NCBI RefSeq assembly: GCF_020885515.1 | Contig: NZ_AP024987.1 | Location: forward strand, 1,290,001 to 1,322,000 | DNA: 32,000 bases | Source of the DNA: a cyanobacterium endosymbiont of Braarudosphaera bigelowii | GTDB lineage: Bacteria > Cyanobacteriota > Cyanobacteriia > Cyanobacteriales > Microcystaceae | Direction: 5' to 3' | In this document: one piece after another, positions 9,335 to 21,149 of the stretch | How positions within the stretch are numbered: the stretch's first letter is position 1 | Layout: the number at the start of each line of letters is the position of its first letter | Translations under genes and position numbers: made by a program | The notes under the pieces: generated by a model | What the model was told of the DNA's origin: nothing | Databases searched by the model: none | Seen by the model: only the letters and a program-made list of their open reading frames with translations

Positions 9335-10396
9335 TTACGCTAAAGCTGCTACCGATATTTTACCAGCAATTTGTTGAGCAATAAGTTTCAAAGCTCTAGC
9401 TGAAGCGGATTGTGGATGTGATATTAATATAGGTACTCCTTTGTCTCCTCCTTCCCTGAGAGAAATTTCTAAGGGTACAAGACCTAGCAAAGGAATCTGT
9501 AATTCTTCTGATGCCTTTATTCCTCCCCCAGATCCAAATATATCATAAGAGTGATTTGGTAAATCTGGAGGAATGAAATAACTCATATTTTCCACAATAC
9601 CTAAAATATTAATTTTTAGTTGTTCAAACATTTTAACTCCACGATATGCGTCTACTAAAGAAACATTTTGTGGAGTCGTCACAATAACAGCTCCAGCTAG
9701 AGGAACTGATTGTGCTAGAGTCAATTGTACATCTCCTGTTCCAGGAGGCATGTCAACTATCAGGTAGTCAAGAGGTCCCCAGTTAACCTGATATAAAAAT
9801 TGACGAATAATTCCGTTTAACATAGGACCACGCCAAACTACTGGTTGACCGGGATTAATCAGAAAACCCATCGATACCATCTTTATTCCACTACTAAAGA
9901 TAGGCTCTAAAATGTCTCCTTCTGGTCTTTTTTGGACTGTAACCTGATAGTCTTCTACTCCGAGCATTGTGGGTGCGTTAGGTCCATAAATATCAGCATC
10001 AAGTAGACCAACTTTTGCTCCCATCTGTGCTAAGGCGATAGCAGTATTGACTGCTACAGTACTTTTCCCCACACCTCCTTTCCCGCTAGAAACGGCAATT
10101 ATATTTTTTACCTCTGATATGGATTGTTGAGTGGGTAAAGCTTTTTGTGTTGGAGTTTCTGATGTCACCTCTATCTCAACAGTTTGGACTTCTGGTAATT
10201 CTTTTAATGCCTTTTCACAATCTTGGATAATTAATTCTTTTAAGGGACATGCTGGGGTAGTTAATACTAAAGTAAATTTAACTTTACTATCTTCTATTGA
10301 AATATTACGAATCATATTAAGAGTTACTAAACTCTTTTTAAGCTCCGGATCTTGAACTGGTTGTAAAGCATTTAAAATTGATTCATTATTAAGCAT
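9335..10396 (-). CDS. mrp: Mrp/ApbC/NBP35-family iron-sulfur cluster carrier ATPase
   Basis: N-terminal MIP18-like domain plus deviant Walker A VSSGKGGVGKSTVAVN, DADIYGPNAPTMLGV, DYLIVDMPPGTGDVQLTLAQ, VENMSYF. Confidence 0.95.
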   Translation of the reverse strand: MLNNESILNALQPVQDPELKKSLVTLNMIRNISIEDSKVKFTLVLTTPACPLKELIIQDCEKALKELPEVQTVEIEVTSETPTQKALPTQQSISEVKNIIAVSSGKGGVGKSTVAVNTAIALAQMGAKVGLLDADIYGPNAPTMLGVEDYQVTVQKRPEGDILEPIFSSGIKMVSMGFLINPGQPVVWRGPMLNGIIRQFLYQVNWGPLDYLIVDMPPGTGDVQLTLAQSVPLAGAVIVTTPQNVSLVDAYRGVKMFEQLKINILGIVENMSYFIPPDLPNHSYDIFGSGGGIKASEELQIPLLGLVPLEISLREGGDKGVPILISHPQSASARALKLIAQQIAGKISVAALA

Positions 10397-10932
10397 AATA
10401 ATTAATTGATTTTTTATAAATTCAAGTAAAAGCCTTTCACTGCATTTACTTATTAGATATTAACTGGTTTTTATTTTATGTGTTACTTTCCATATTGTTG
10501 AAAATAGGCCAAATCTAGAAAATACAAGAACAATAATAATACAAGGAGTAATAAATATTATTACTTTTTTTATTGATATTTATCTATATGGTGACTGTCT
10601 ATGTAGTTTATAGAGTAAATAGTTACTTTACAATTAAATAGGTTTCTACTTTATCGTTTCTTTCCTAAGAACATTTAGATGATTTATCAAAAATAATAAT
10701 GCAAATTTCATTTGATATAAACTATAAATTTTATCCATAAGTTATTATTTCTGAATTATAGAAATAATAACTATGCCCACAAAAACCATATCATTCTAAA
10801 GATTTTATTTCCTGAGAATATTATATTGAGCTATTTTTAAACGCAGAAACTAAAAAACTTTTTTGATAACTGACAGAATTCCAATAAGCAGGATATAATT
10901 TGTTATGAAGCTATTATTAAAAAATTTATCAA

Positions 10933-11238
10933 ATGAATAATTCTGCTCTCAATGCCTTTTTCTTAGGTCGAGCATTTGCTGAAGTGCTTGGTGAAAAAAT
11001 CGAAGAATCTTTAACTAATACACTTAGTGAACTAAGTAAGTTAGGTGCTGAACAAGAAGAAAATTTAAATGATTTTATTCAAGAAATAAAAATACGTGCG
11101 AAAAATAATCTAACGCAAGACGATCCTAGCAATATCACTGTAAATGATTTTTCATCTATAGATCTCCAGGAAACTATTGATGATTTAAGAGCAGAGATTG
11201 CCCGTCTTAAAGCAGAGTTAAAAAATTATCATAGTTAA
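10933..11238 (+). CDS. Conserved cyanobacterial-type small protein with C-terminal coiled coil (possibly DUF6825)
   Basis: 101-aa ORF with ATG start, [38 protein letters not shown]... and heptad-like [23 protein letters not shown]. Assignment to a named family is from memory. Confidence 0.7.
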   Translation: MNNSALNAFFLGRAFAEVLGEKIEESLTNTLSELSKLGAEQEENLNDFIQEIKIRAKNNLTQDDPSNITVNDFSSIDLQETIDDLRAEIARLKAELKNYHS

Positions 11239-11312
11239 AAACTTTAACTTTTTGGATCTTCTTCAGAATTGTTATATGTAAAACCAAGTATAAAATAATT
11301 AAAATAAATCGA

Positions 11313-13043
11313 GTGCCTGCTTTACCTACAAAAGTCAGTTCTTTTTCATCTGCAAATATTAATTCATCTGCGACAAACAAAAAATATCGCTGGAATAATA
11401 ACAATTATTCTAATGTTCATCGTCGTTTAGATATTTGGCTATTCTTCTTATCTCTTATGTTCAAGCTATGGCTTAATAATAAAAAGTTTAGCTACAGAGG
11501 AGGATGGACTAAAGAAAAACTAATTAAGAGAAGAAGGATATTAGCAGTCTGGATACGAGAAAAATTATTAGACTTAGGTCCAACTTTTATTAAAGTTGGA
11601 CAGCTTTTTTCAAGTCGTGCAGATCTTTTTCCTTCTGAATATGTAGAAGAACTGTCAAAACTGCAAGATGAAGTTCCTGCTTTTAACTATGATGAAGCGA
11701 AAAAAATTATTGAGAAGGATCTGGGAAAACCTTTGTCTCAGATTTTTTATTGTTTTGATTCTTTTCCCATTGCGGCTGCAAGTCTAGGGCAAGTTCATAA
11801 AGCTATATTATATTCAGGGGAAGAAGTTGTTGTTAAAATACAACGTCCTGGCCTCAAAAAATTATTTACTATTGATCTAGCGATTTTGAAACAAGTCACC
11901 TACTATTTTCAAAATCATCCTAGTTGGAATAAGGGGAAAGACTGGATTAGCATTTATAACGAATGTTATAAAATTCTCTGGCTAGAAACAGATTACCTTA
12001 AAGAAGGAAAAAATGCAGATACTTTCCGTCGCAACTTTCGAAATAAAGATTGGGTTAAAGTACCAAGAGTTTATTGGCGCTATACTGCCTCTCGTGTTTT
12101 AACATTAGAGTATCTCCCAGGAATCAAAATTAATAATTACCAAGCATTGGAGAATTTAGGATTAGATCGTAAAGTATTGGCTAAGTTGAATGCACAAGCT
12201 TACTTGCATCAAATATTAAATGATGGTTTTTTTCATGCTGATCCTCATCCTGGAAATATTGCAATCAGTGAAGATGGAGCCTTAATATTTTATGATTTTG
12301 GAATGATAGGAACTATTGAATCTGATGTCAAAAGAAAATTAGTAAATACCTTTGTTGGTATAACTCAAAAAGATAGTAACAAAATCATATCTTCTTTAAT
12401 TGAATTAAACATATTAGATTCGAAAAGCGATATTGGTCCAGCTCGGCGTTCTATACAGTTCATGCTAGATAATTTTATAAATAAACCTATTAACGAACAG
12501 TCTATCACTTCTATTGGTGATGATTTATATGAAATTGCTTACAATCAATCTTTTAAATTTCCTGCTACATTTACTTTCGTAATGCGTGCATTTTCTATTT
12601 TAGAAGGTGTAGGAAAAGGTTTAGACCCTGACTTTAAATTTATAGAAGTTGCTAAGCCTTTTATCTTGGATTTTGCAAATTTTTTTACTGAAAATACTAA
12701 TAATAATTTCCTGAATCTATTCTCTAATCAAGTAATAGAATTTGGTAGTGTAACTTTAGGACTGCCAAATCATATTGATAATACACTTAGAAAATTTGAT
12801 CAAGGTGACATAAAACTAGGGGTTCGCTCGATTGAGTCGAATAGAATCTTACAACGACTCAGTATGATACAAATCGCAACTATTTGGGGAAGCTTTGTAA
12901 GTTCATTATTAATTTGTACAACTCTTCTATTTATTAATAATTATTTAAATCTAGCTTTAGTAGTTATAATAATTACATTAATTCCATTATCTATATTAGT
13001 TAGGCTTTTTTACCGCATAAACCGTCTGAACAAGCGATTCTGA
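11313..13043 (+). CDS. ABC1/AarF/UbiB-family atypical protein kinase
   Basis: KxGQ motif LGPTFIKVGQLFSSRADLFPSEYVEELSKLQDEVP, AAASLGQVHKA, VVVKIQRPGL, GFFHADPHPGNIAISEDGALIFYDFGMIG, C-terminal TM segments. The GTG start is uncertain. Confidence 0.93.
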   Translation: MPALPTKVSSFSSANINSSATNKKYRWNNNNYSNVHRRLDIWLFFLSLMFKLWLNNKKFSYRGGWTKEKLIKRRRILAVWIREKLLDLGPTFIKVGQLFSSRADLFPSEYVEELSKLQDEVPAFNYDEAKKIIEKDLGKPLSQIFYCFDSFPIAAASLGQVHKAILYSGEEVVVKIQRPGLKKLFTIDLAILKQVTYYFQNHPSWNKGKDWISIYNECYKILWLETDYLKEGKNADTFRRNFRNKDWVKVPRVYWRYTASRVLTLEYLPGIKINNYQALENLGLDRKVLAKLNAQAYLHQILNDGFFHADPHPGNIAISEDGALIFYDFGMIGTIESDVKRKLVNTFVGITQKDSNKIISSLIELNILDSKSDIGPARRSIQFMLDNFINKPINEQSITSIGDDLYEIAYNQSFKFPATFTFVMRAFSILEGVGKGLDPDFKFIEVAKPFILDFANFFTENTNNNFLNLFSNQVIEFGSVTLGLPNHIDNTLRKFDQGDIKLGVRSIESNRILQRLSMIQIATIWGSFVSSLLICTTLLFINNYLNLALVVIIITLIPLSILVRLFYRINRLNKRF

Positions 13044-13363
13044 ATAATTATTAATAAATATGCAATTGCTTCCTGTTATCTTATATTCTATTTAGAAACT
13101 TAATTATGATCAATTTTATATAGTTTTTAATCAATGAATAAATCTACATAATTAGATACTTTAAAAAAAGTATCTAATTATGTAGTATCTTAATAATTTT
13201 TTAAGTTAAATCATGTAAAGCCTGTACAAAAATTTACTACTAAAAATAGAATAAGGTTTCATAACATATCTTAATCTTAATAATAAAATTATTTATTAAA
13301 GATGTACCCTTAGGTTACAATAAGTTGTTTTTGGACTGAGACTAAGATCACTTAAATCAAACT

Positions 13364-14053
13364 ATGAAAATTAATACTGATGATAAAACTGTTGTTAAGG
13401 ACTATTTCAATGCTATAGGATTTGACAGATGGCAAAATATTTACGGTAATGGAAAAGTCAATAAAGTTCAAGAGGATATCCGCTTTGGACATCAGCAAAC
13501 TATTAATACAGTATTAGAATGGCTAAAATTAGATGGTAATTTATCTGGATTAATAATTTGTGATGCTGGATGTGGTGTAGGAAGTTTAAGTATTCCTCTA
13601 GCCAAAGAAGGAGCTATAGTCAGTGCTAGTGATATTTCAGAAAAAATGGTTACAGAAGCAAAGAGAAAAGCGGAAAATATATTAGGTAAAACTAATAACA
13701 TAAATTTTTATGTTCAAGATTTAGAAAAATTGAAAGGTAGCTTTCATACAATAATTTGCCTTGATGTCTTAATTCACTATCCTACTGATAATGCGGCTAA
13801 AATGATTAACCACTTAGCTTCATTAACTAACTGTAGGATAATCTTAAGTTTTGCTCCCAAAACTTTTTATTTGACTGTTCTTAAAAAGATTGGTGAATTT
13901 TTTCCTGGTCCTAGTAAAACAACTCGTGCCTACCAACATAGTCAAGATAATATAGTACAGACTCTAAAACAAAATGGCTTTAAAATTCAACGAAAAGGAA
14001 TGACAAGTACTAAATTTTATTATTCTCAAATTATTGAAGCTATCAAAGAGTAA
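13364..14053 (+). CDS. chlM: Magnesium protoporphyrin IX methyltransferase
   Basis: YFNAIGFDRWQNIYG, SAM-binding IICDAGCGVGSLSIPLA, FHTIICLDVLIHYPTDNAAKMINHLA, FAPKTFYLTVLKKIGEFFPGPSKTTRAYQH match the ChlM/BchM family. Confidence 0.95.
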   Translation: MKINTDDKTVVKDYFNAIGFDRWQNIYGNGKVNKVQEDIRFGHQQTINTVLEWLKLDGNLSGLIICDAGCGVGSLSIPLAKEGAIVSASDISEKMVTEAKRKAENILGKTNNINFYVQDLEKLKGSFHTIICLDVLIHYPTDNAAKMINHLASLTNCRIILSFAPKTFYLTVLKKIGEFFPGPSKTTRAYQHSQDNIVQTLKQNGFKIQRKGMTSTKFYYSQIIEAIKE

Positions 14054-14329
14054 ATATTAAGAATACTATAATCATCTCATTAGATACTTTGAGAAATTTA
14101 GATATATATAATTTATTTTAAAAGATCAATAATAATTCAGTATCTTAAGAGGAATAATATGATCCTTTGTTGAGAAGTAAGCTATGTAGTTTTATTTTTA
14201 GCAAAGTTCATGTGCTGTATAAGTGAGTCTTATCTCAAGGAAATGATGAACATAGTTTATATTGTAAAAATTTAATTGACTATAAACAGCTTTGTATAAC
14301 AAATATGTTAGTTATTTTTATTATGATTC

Positions 14330-15619
14330 TCATATTACTGTTCCATCAGGAATGACTGCGTTCTTGATAACGATAACAATTCCGTCACAGATATAAAACC
14401 CTTCATCTTCACAGTTAGATTCTTGTATATTGTTTTTATTTAGAATGGTTACATTCTCGCCGATCCGTACATTTTTATCAATAATTGCATGTTTAATTAA
14501 ACTATTTTTACCTATACCTATAGGAATCATTTTATGATTATCATCAAAATTCTTAATAATTGAAGATTCGTAGAAATCTGCTCCCATAACCATTGTGTCC
14601 TCAATACAGCAATTCATTTCAATACGACTTCTAATTCCGAGTATTGAATTGTGGATACGACAGCTTTTTATAATACATCCTTCACTGATCATTGATTTTG
14701 TAATATGGGAATCAAAAACTTTAGTAGGAGGTAGATAGCGTGCACGGGTATATATAGGAGCTTGTTCATTATAAAAACTAAATGCAGGATTTGGTTGACA
14801 ATTAAGAGCCAAATTGGCTTCATAAAAAGCTCGAACAGTTCCAATATCTTCCCAATATCCACGAAACAAATAGGCTCGAAGATCGCAGTGCATAGCTGCA
14901 CTTGGCATAACCTCTTTCCCAAAATCTGTTTGCTCTGGATTATTTTTGAGAAGTTTTGTTAATACTTCTTTATTAAATAAATAAATTCCCATTGATGCTA
15001 TATAAGGCTTTTTTTCTGCCTGCTCTTGATTTAACCCTAAAATTGAAGTTTCACATTGCATTTGATCCAATTCATTTTCTGTGGGTTTTTCGGAAAAGTG
15101 AATAATTCTACCTTGATTATTCATTTTTGTTAGGCCAAGGTAAGAGGCTCTTTTTTTGTCCACAGGAACAACAGCTAAAGTTATATCAGCGTTAGTTGAT
15201 CTATGTTGTCTGATAAAATTACTATAATCCATACGATAAAGATGGTCCCCAGATAGTATTAAGTATTCATCAACGTTTGATTCGTTAAACAACCAAAGGT
15301 ATTGACGAACGGCATCAGCTGTACCCTGGAACCAACTTGAATTGTCTTTTGTTTGTTGTGCTGCTAAGACTTCTATGAATCCACCACTAAAAGAAGTAAA
15401 GTTATATGTATGAGTTAAATGACGATTTAACGAAGCAGAATTAAACTGAGTTAAAATATAAATTTTTTGTATTTCTGCATTAATACAATTACTAATTGGT
15501 ATGTCAATTAGACGATATTTTCCTGCAAGAGGAACAGCTGGCTTTGCTCTTAATTTAGTTAAAGGATATAAACGAGTACCTGCACCACCACCTAGTATAA
15601 TTGCTAAAACTTTCTTCAC
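14330..15619 (-). CDS. glgC: Glucose-1-phosphate adenylyltransferase (ADP-glucose pyrophosphorylase)
   Basis: [97 protein letters not shown]-terminal left-handed beta helix, [12 protein letters not shown]. Confidence 0.97.
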   Translation of the reverse strand: MKKVLAIILGGGAGTRLYPLTKLRAKPAVPLAGKYRLIDIPISNCINAEIQKIYILTQFNSASLNRHLTHTYNFTSFSGGFIEVLAAQQTKDNSSWFQGTADAVRQYLWLFNESNVDEYLILSGDHLYRMDYSNFIRQHRSTNADITLAVVPVDKKRASYLGLTKMNNQGRIIHFSEKPTENELDQMQCETSILGLNQEQAEKKPYIASMGIYLFNKEVLTKLLKNNPEQTDFGKEVMPSAAMHCDLRAYLFRGYWEDIGTVRAFYEANLALNCQPNPAFSFYNEQAPIYTRARYLPPTKVFDSHITKSMISEGCIIKSCRIHNSILGIRSRIEMNCCIEDTMVMGADFYESSIIKNFDDNHKMIPIGIGKNSLIKHAIIDKNVRIGENVTILNKNNIQESNCEDEGFYICDGIVIVIKNAVIPDGTVI

Positions 15620-15914
15620 ATATACCTCATAATCATCTTTTCAATAAAGTATAGAACTGGTATGGAAATCTGAAAAATAAAACAAAAACTATAAATTTAA
15701 GTTGCTTCTAGAAAAGAAAGACTATCCTATCTTACAAACCATAATTTATATTATTTTCAAATATTATTTTGATTAATTTTAATGGTGTGAAGAATAAAAT
15801 TATTCTTTCAACTAAAAAAAGTACTTTTATTAATAAAATATAAAAAATATTTAGAATAGTTATACTAAATTAGTACTTGTTAATTTACTAGTGATTTATG
15901 ATAGTAGTATTTCT

Positions 15915-17909
15915 ATGTATAAGTTAAAAGCACCTTTTAAGCCAACAGGAGATCAACCGAAGGCTATTGAAGAATTAACATTATCCTTACAAATGGGAAA
16001 CAAATTTCAGACCTTATTAGGAGCGACTGGAACAGGTAAAACATTTTCTATTGCTTCAGTAATTGAAAAAACTGAAAAGCCAACTTTGATCTTGGCTCAC
16101 AATAAAACTTTGGCAGCTCAACTATGTAATGAATTAAGAAATTTTTTCCCTAACAATGCTGTAGAATATTTTATTAGTTATTATGACTATTATCAACCTG
16201 AAGCTTATATTCCTCTAAGCGACACTTATATTGAGAAAAGTGCTTCGATTAATGATGAAGTAGATATGTTAAGACATTCAGCTACTCGTTCATTGTTTGA
16301 ACGACAGGACGTAATTATCGTAGCGTCTATTAGTTGTATTTATGGGTTAGGAATGCCTTCTCAATATTCAAAAGCTTCTATCCTTTTACAAACAGGGATA
16401 GAGATTAACCAACGGCAACTTCTCAGAGACTTGGTTAATATTCAGTATTCTAGGAATGATATGGAGTTAAAACGGGGAAGATTTAGAGTTAGAGGAGATA
16501 TTTTAGAGATTGTTCCTGCCTATGAAGATCGAGTAATTAGAATTGATTTCTTTGGGGATGAAATTGATGGTATTAGATATTTACACCCAGTTTCGGGAGA
16601 TGTTTTAGAAAATCTTGAAAATGTTAATATTTATCCAGCACGTCATTTTGTTACACAAAAAAAAAAATTAGATACTTCCTGTAAAGCTATAGCTGAAGAG
16701 CTAGAACAACAAATTATTAATTTTGAGAAAGAAGGAAAGCTCTTAGAATCACAACGTATAAATCAGAGAACGCGCTATGATCTAGAGCTCTTAAGTGAAG
16801 TAGGATACTGTAATGGTGTTGAAAATTATTCTCGCCACTTAGCGGGAAGAAAACCTGGAGAACCTCCAGAATGCTTAATTGATTATTTACCTGAGGATTG
16901 GTTATTGATTGTAGATGAGTCTCATGTGACCATACCACAAATTCGGGGAATGTATAATGGCGATCAGGCAAGAAAAAAAGTTTTGATAGATCATGGTTTT
17001 CGTCTTCCAAGTGCAGCTGATAATAGACCCCTTAAATCAGATGAATTCTGGGGTAAGGTTAAACAATGTATTTTTGTCTCTGCTACTCCTGGTGAATGGG
17101 AGCTCGAAAAATCTAAGGGTAGAATTATTGAACAGGTAATTCGGCCAACAGGTATACTTGACCCACAAATATTTGTAAGACCCACAAAAAATCAGATAGA
17201 TGATCTATTAGGAGAAATTCAAGATAGGGTAGAAAAAAAAGAAAGAACTTTAATTATTACTTTGACAAAAAGTATGGCAGAAGATTTAACTGAATATTTT
17301 CAAGAAAGAGAAATCAATGTTCGATATCTACATTCTGAAATTAAATCTATTGAGCGTATTGAGATTTTACAAGATTTAAGAGATGGTAAATTTGATGTTT
17401 TAATAGGGGTCAACTTACTAAGAGAGGGATTAGATTTGCCAGAGGTTTCTCTAGTAGCTATATTAGACTCAGACAAAGAAGGCTTTTTACGAGGTGAAAA
17501 GTCATTAATTCAAATTATTGGACGTGCGGCTCGACATGTTAACGGCCAAGCCATTTTATATGGAGATAAACTTACAGATAGCATGATTAAAGCTATAGAA
17601 GAAACAAAAAGAAGAAGGCGTGTACAATTACTATATAACAATAAAAATAATATTATTCCTAAATCTATAGTTAATGAACGTGAAAATTCAATTTTGAATT
17701 ATCTTGATATTTCTCGCAATTTAGATAATGAACAACCTGAAAAAATATACGCTCATGTAGAGGAAATACCTTTAGATAAAATACCTAAATTAATTAAACA
17801 ATTAGAGTCTCAAATGGAAGAATCTGCTAATCAATTAAATTTTGAAACAGCAGCAAAATATAGAGATCAAATAAAGCATCTTAAGGATAAGATGCTAGAG
17901 TACCCTTGA
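15915..17909 (+). CDS. uvrB: UvrABC excinuclease subunit B
   Basis: [22 protein letters not shown], Walker [80 protein letters not shown]-terminal UVR motif. The ATG at 15915 fits family N-termini better than the listed GTG at 15891. Confidence 0.97.
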   Translation: MYKLKAPFKPTGDQPKAIEELTLSLQMGNKFQTLLGATGTGKTFSIASVIEKTEKPTLILAHNKTLAAQLCNELRNFFPNNAVEYFISYYDYYQPEAYIPLSDTYIEKSASINDEVDMLRHSATRSLFERQDVIIVASISCIYGLGMPSQYSKASILLQTGIEINQRQLLRDLVNIQYSRNDMELKRGRFRVRGDILEIVPAYEDRVIRIDFFGDEIDGIRYLHPVSGDVLENLENVNIYPARHFVTQKKKLDTSCKAIAEELEQQIINFEKEGKLLESQRINQRTRYDLELLSEVGYCNGVENYSRHLAGRKPGEPPECLIDYLPEDWLLIVDESHVTIPQIRGMYNGDQARKKVLIDHGFRLPSAADNRPLKSDEFWGKVKQCIFVSATPGEWELEKSKGRIIEQVIRPTGILDPQIFVRPTKNQIDDLLGEIQDRVEKKERTLIITLTKSMAEDLTEYFQEREINVRYLHSEIKSIERIEILQDLRDGKFDVLIGVNLLREGLDLPEVSLVAILDSDKEGFLRGEKSLIQIIGRAARHVNGQAILYGDKLTDSMIKAIEETKRRRRVQLLYNNKNNIIPKSIVNERENSILNYLDISRNLDNEQPEKIYAHVEEIPLDKIPKLIKQLESQMEESANQLNFETAAKYRDQIKHLKDKMLEYP

Positions 17910-18028
17910 AACTTATTGGAAAATTTTATATATTAATTTCCTCGATTTGAATTTATAATTATAATTTTTGAATCTTTTAGAAGGTATTTTTCTAGTATAT
18001 ATGTATTAAAGTTTTAAGAAGTATTGTA

Positions 18029-18109
18029 TGCGGATAGCGAGATTTGAACTCGCACGACCTAAGCCACACGCCCCTCAAGCGTGCGTGTCTACCGTTCCAC
18101 CACATCCGC
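18029..18109 (-). tRNA. tRNA-Leu (anticodon GAG)
   Basis: Minus strand GCGGATGTGGTGGAACGGTAGACACGCACGCTTGAGGGGCGTGTGGCTTAGGTCGTGCGAGTTCAAATCTCGCTATCCGCA. Acceptor GCGGATG/TATCCGC with discriminator A; anticodon arm CACGC-TTGAGGG-GCGTG; T arm GCGAG-TTCAAAT-CTCGC; extended variable region. CCA not encoded. Confidence 0.95.
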
Positions 18110-18478
18110 AGAAACTATATCTTAACATAAATTAGATAAAAAAAACTTACAATATACTAATAATCATCTATATATTAATCGAATTCTTATATAAAAAATT
18201 GCAATTGCAAGACTACGAAATAGTCATTGATCGTTGAAAAAATATTAATAATTGTTTATGTATTTAAAATGTATATAAATCGCATCACGCTTAAATTTTT
18301 TCAGATAACTCATTCATTAGTAATTATCTATCCCGAAACTACTCAACCTAATAATCATATTAAGTAATTAGATCTTAGAATAGTTTACAATTATAAAATT
18401 CTGCTAGTTAAAAACCTCTATTATTAGGGTTAAGTAATTCAATATACTAAAAATCTTGTAAATTTCTTCTGTAATTAT

Positions 18479-19165
18479 TTAGACTCTTCCATAGTAAGCA
18501 ACTTTTTTATTAGATTGCCAAGCCCACATTTGATCTCCCTGCGAAAAATGCCACCATTCATTGGGATGTCTTAAAAATCCATAATTACTCATAACTTTAT
18601 TTAAAATTCCTCTCCTCCTATTATAAGCTTTTGCCTCAGAATTATTACTTTGAGAATAGTAAAAGGGTTGAGATTTTTCGGATAAATCATCAATTTCACA
18701 TCCCATATCTAGTAAATTTCCTTTGCAGTCAACTAAAGTCAAATCAATAGCTGCTCCAGTACTATGTGGCGGTGGAGAAGTATAATCTTCAGAAGGAATG
18801 GCCCAAATTTTATAAACCTGATTGAGAATTTTTTTTTTCTCTAAGATAGATAGCTCTCTCAAGGTTAACTTTTTCTCTTTTATCAAGTAAGAAAAAGTAT
18901 AATCTACCATGAATTGTTGCACTTCTATAGGACGATAAGCATCAAAAATATGAAGTTTCCATCCTCCATATTCCGTTTGTAAGCAATTTTGTACATTTTG
19001 AAGAGCTTCTAGAACCCTAGAACGTAAATAATAGGGAGATTTATTCTTATATGTGGCTCCTAATTTTTTATAGGGATGTGGATTTTGAACAGAAAAGTAC
19101 TCTAAAGGAATAGGAACAAGATCATCTTTACAGTCTTGAATTAAAACATTGCTATAGTTTTTCAT
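18479..19165 (-). CDS. M15-family D-alanyl-D-alanine dipeptidase (VanX/DdpX-like)
   Basis: HIFDAYRPIEVQ (Arg region), SPPPHSTGAAIDLTLVD (SxHxxGxAxD-like Zn motif), RHPNEWWHFSQGDQMWAW (ExxH motif). Confidence 0.88.
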   Translation of the reverse strand: MKNYSNVLIQDCKDDLVPIPLEYFSVQNPHPYKKLGATYKNKSPYYLRSRVLEALQNVQNCLQTEYGGWKLHIFDAYRPIEVQQFMVDYTFSYLIKEKKLTLRELSILEKKKILNQVYKIWAIPSEDYTSPPPHSTGAAIDLTLVDCKGNLLDMGCEIDDLSEKSQPFYYSQSNNSEAKAYNRRRGILNKVMSNYGFLRHPNEWWHFSQGDQMWAWQSNKKVAYYGRV

Positions 19166-19205
19166 TAAAAAATTAATAAATATTATTTATAGATAACATT
19201 ATAAA

Positions 19206-20864
19206 TTATTTATTTATACCTCTAATCTTAGAGCGAGTAATTGTCCAAAACGGAAATGTTTGGTTTAGATTGAAAATAGTTCCATTGATATCATTTTGAA
19301 TGAATACATATTCCTTAGTCTGCCAAAGAGGTATATAAGGAACGTCTTCAGCTAAAATTTTTTGAATTTTAACAAAGATTTCCTCTCTTTTTCGAGAATC
19401 TAATGTTTTTCTTTGTTGAATAATTAGTTCGTTCATTTTTTCATTATGGTAAAAGGAACCTTGAACTTGAGAACTTCCTTGTATACACTGTTGCTCTGCT
19501 GTACCTTGAGCACAGCTTAAAAAAGGATAAATATAGTTATCCGCATCTAAATAATCTGGATACCAACTAGAAAAGATTGACTGGTAAGAACCTAAGCTTA
19601 AGTTTTTAAAGAAAGCTACTGAAGATATATTGTTAGGAATAAATTTTAACAGTCCTTCTAATTCTCTCTTCGCTAGACTTCTAAGAATAGCGGCTGCTTG
19701 ACTCATATTTGTTGAATCAGAAGAATACCATATTTCAACTATGGCAGGATTTTTTTTAGAGAAACCTGCTTCGATTAAAAGTTGCTTGGTTTTATTTATA
19801 TTATTATATTTACTTTTAAAAACAGGTCGAGAAACATTAAAAGATTTAGGTATCATGGTATACGAAAGTTCACTTTGTCCTTTAAAAATACGCTCGTTAA
19901 GGAGTTCACGATCTATTAATGTTGCAATTGCTTTTCTAACAACCTTCTGCTTAGTGAATTCTGCGTTAACGTTTAAAGCCATAAAAGTGATATTTGTACT
20001 TATATTTTCAATAACTTTTCCTTTTCCTTCATGAGATTCTTTTAGCAGATACTCAATTTGTTCAGTAGTTAGAGACTGATAGGCAATATCAACACTTTGG
20101 GTGCGGAAAGCATTAAAAAGATTAGCTGCATTATTGGAATAAATCTGCAAATTAATACCTTTGTTTCGAGGCTTTTCTCCCCAGTAATCATCAAAAGTAT
20201 CTAATTCTAATAAACCAGTTTGAAATCTTCTTAATTTATATGGTCCTGTTCCAACAAAACTATCTGGAATAAATTTTCCTTTCCCTATTTGATAAGCCTG
20301 AGGAGATATTGCACAAATTCCGGGAAAAGCCAAAAGAGCAGGAAAAGCAGAAAAAGGTTCTTTTAGCGTAATAATTAGCTCATAATCTCCATTAGTTTCT
20401 ATTTTTTTAATAGTATTAGTTAATAGAAAAGAAGGTTTTCCCCCATTAGCCATAAATCTTTCTAATGAAAAAGCCATTGCCTTTGCATCAAAGGATGTAC
20501 CATCATGAAATTTGACCCCTTTCCTGAGATGGATAGTATAAACAAGACCGTTCTTACTAATAGTGGGCATTTTTATAGCTAACTGCGGCTTTAAATTAGT
20601 ATTTCCTAGCTCATAGGTATAGAGAGTATCACTTAAATTATAAATAATCATCATTCCAGATAACTCATAATTATCTGCTGGATCTATTGTACGTGGCTGA
20701 AAAGTTGTGCCAACAGTGATACGGTCACTATTATTTTTAGGAGAGAGTGTTAATTTTGATTGTTGATTACAACCTGTTATTAATACTAAATAAGTACTGA
20801 GAAATAATAGGGTTATTAGCTTTCTTACCTTATGTGAATGTTTCCAAAACCCATTTATAATCAT
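19206..20864 (-). CDS. Peptide/dipeptide ABC transporter substrate-binding lipoprotein (SBP_bac_5 family)
   Basis: Lipoprotein signal with lipobox LITGC (Cys32), VGTTFQPRTIDPADNYELSGMMIIYNLSDTLYTY, YTIHLRKGVKFHDGTSFDAKAMAFSLERF, FVGTGPYKLRRFQ, W..DYLDADNYIYPFL. Confidence 0.92.
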   Translation of the reverse strand: MIINGFWKHSHKVRKLITLLFLSTYLVLITGCNQQSKLTLSPKNNSDRITVGTTFQPRTIDPADNYELSGMMIIYNLSDTLYTYELGNTNLKPQLAIKMPTISKNGLVYTIHLRKGVKFHDGTSFDAKAMAFSLERFMANGGKPSFLLTNTIKKIETNGDYELIITLKEPFSAFPALLAFPGICAISPQAYQIGKGKFIPDSFVGTGPYKLRRFQTGLLELDTFDDYWGEKPRNKGINLQIYSNNAANLFNAFRTQSVDIAYQSLTTEQIEYLLKESHEGKGKVIENISTNITFMALNVNAEFTKQKVVRKAIATLIDRELLNERIFKGQSELSYTMIPKSFNVSRPVFKSKYNNINKTKQLLIEAGFSKKNPAIVEIWYSSDSTNMSQAAAILRSLAKRELEGLLKFIPNNISSVAFFKNLSLGSYQSIFSSWYPDYLDADNYIYPFLSCAQGTAEQQCIQGSSQVQGSFYHNEKMNELIIQQRKTLDSRKREEIFVKIQKILAEDVPYIPLWQTKEYVFIQNDINGTIFNLNQTFPFWTITRSKIRGINK

Positions 20865-21149
20865 ATTCTATATTTTTTACAGGTAAGTTTATTTTTTTGT
20901 ATTTAAAAGAAATAATTTTTTAGATCTTCAAAAGTAGAGGTTGATACTTTAATTATAAATATTTAATATTAGTTTGACTAAGGTTTTAATAAAATTTTAA
21001 AAAGTAGAAATTCATAATATGATGAACCTACAAATTTATTTTTATCAGAAAAAAGTTTTAATTATAAAATTATTTATTTAGTTTATATGAACTAAATATT
21101 GTCAGAGGCTGGTACGATAGACTTTGTAAGTTAAATTCTAATTTTGAAA

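Noticed and set aside
11207-11404. 65-aa minus-strand ORF
   Set aside because: Antisense to the start of the well-supported ABC1 kinase gene, with no family signature.
6581-17185. Small antisense ORFs at 6581-6793, 9034-9219, 10131-10355, 13492-13701, 14689-14922, 14762-14962, 16717-17010 and 16991-17185
   Set aside because: All lie opposite strongly supported genes (serS, rodA, mrp, chlM, glgC, uvrB) and lack independent evidence.
21075-21098. 9-bp palindrome TATTTAGTT-tatatg-AACTAAATA upstream of sat, considered as a regulator site
   Set aside because: In sequence this AT-rich, several such short-spacer palindromes are expected by chance in 32 kb. It deserves a call only if conserved upstream of sat in relatives.
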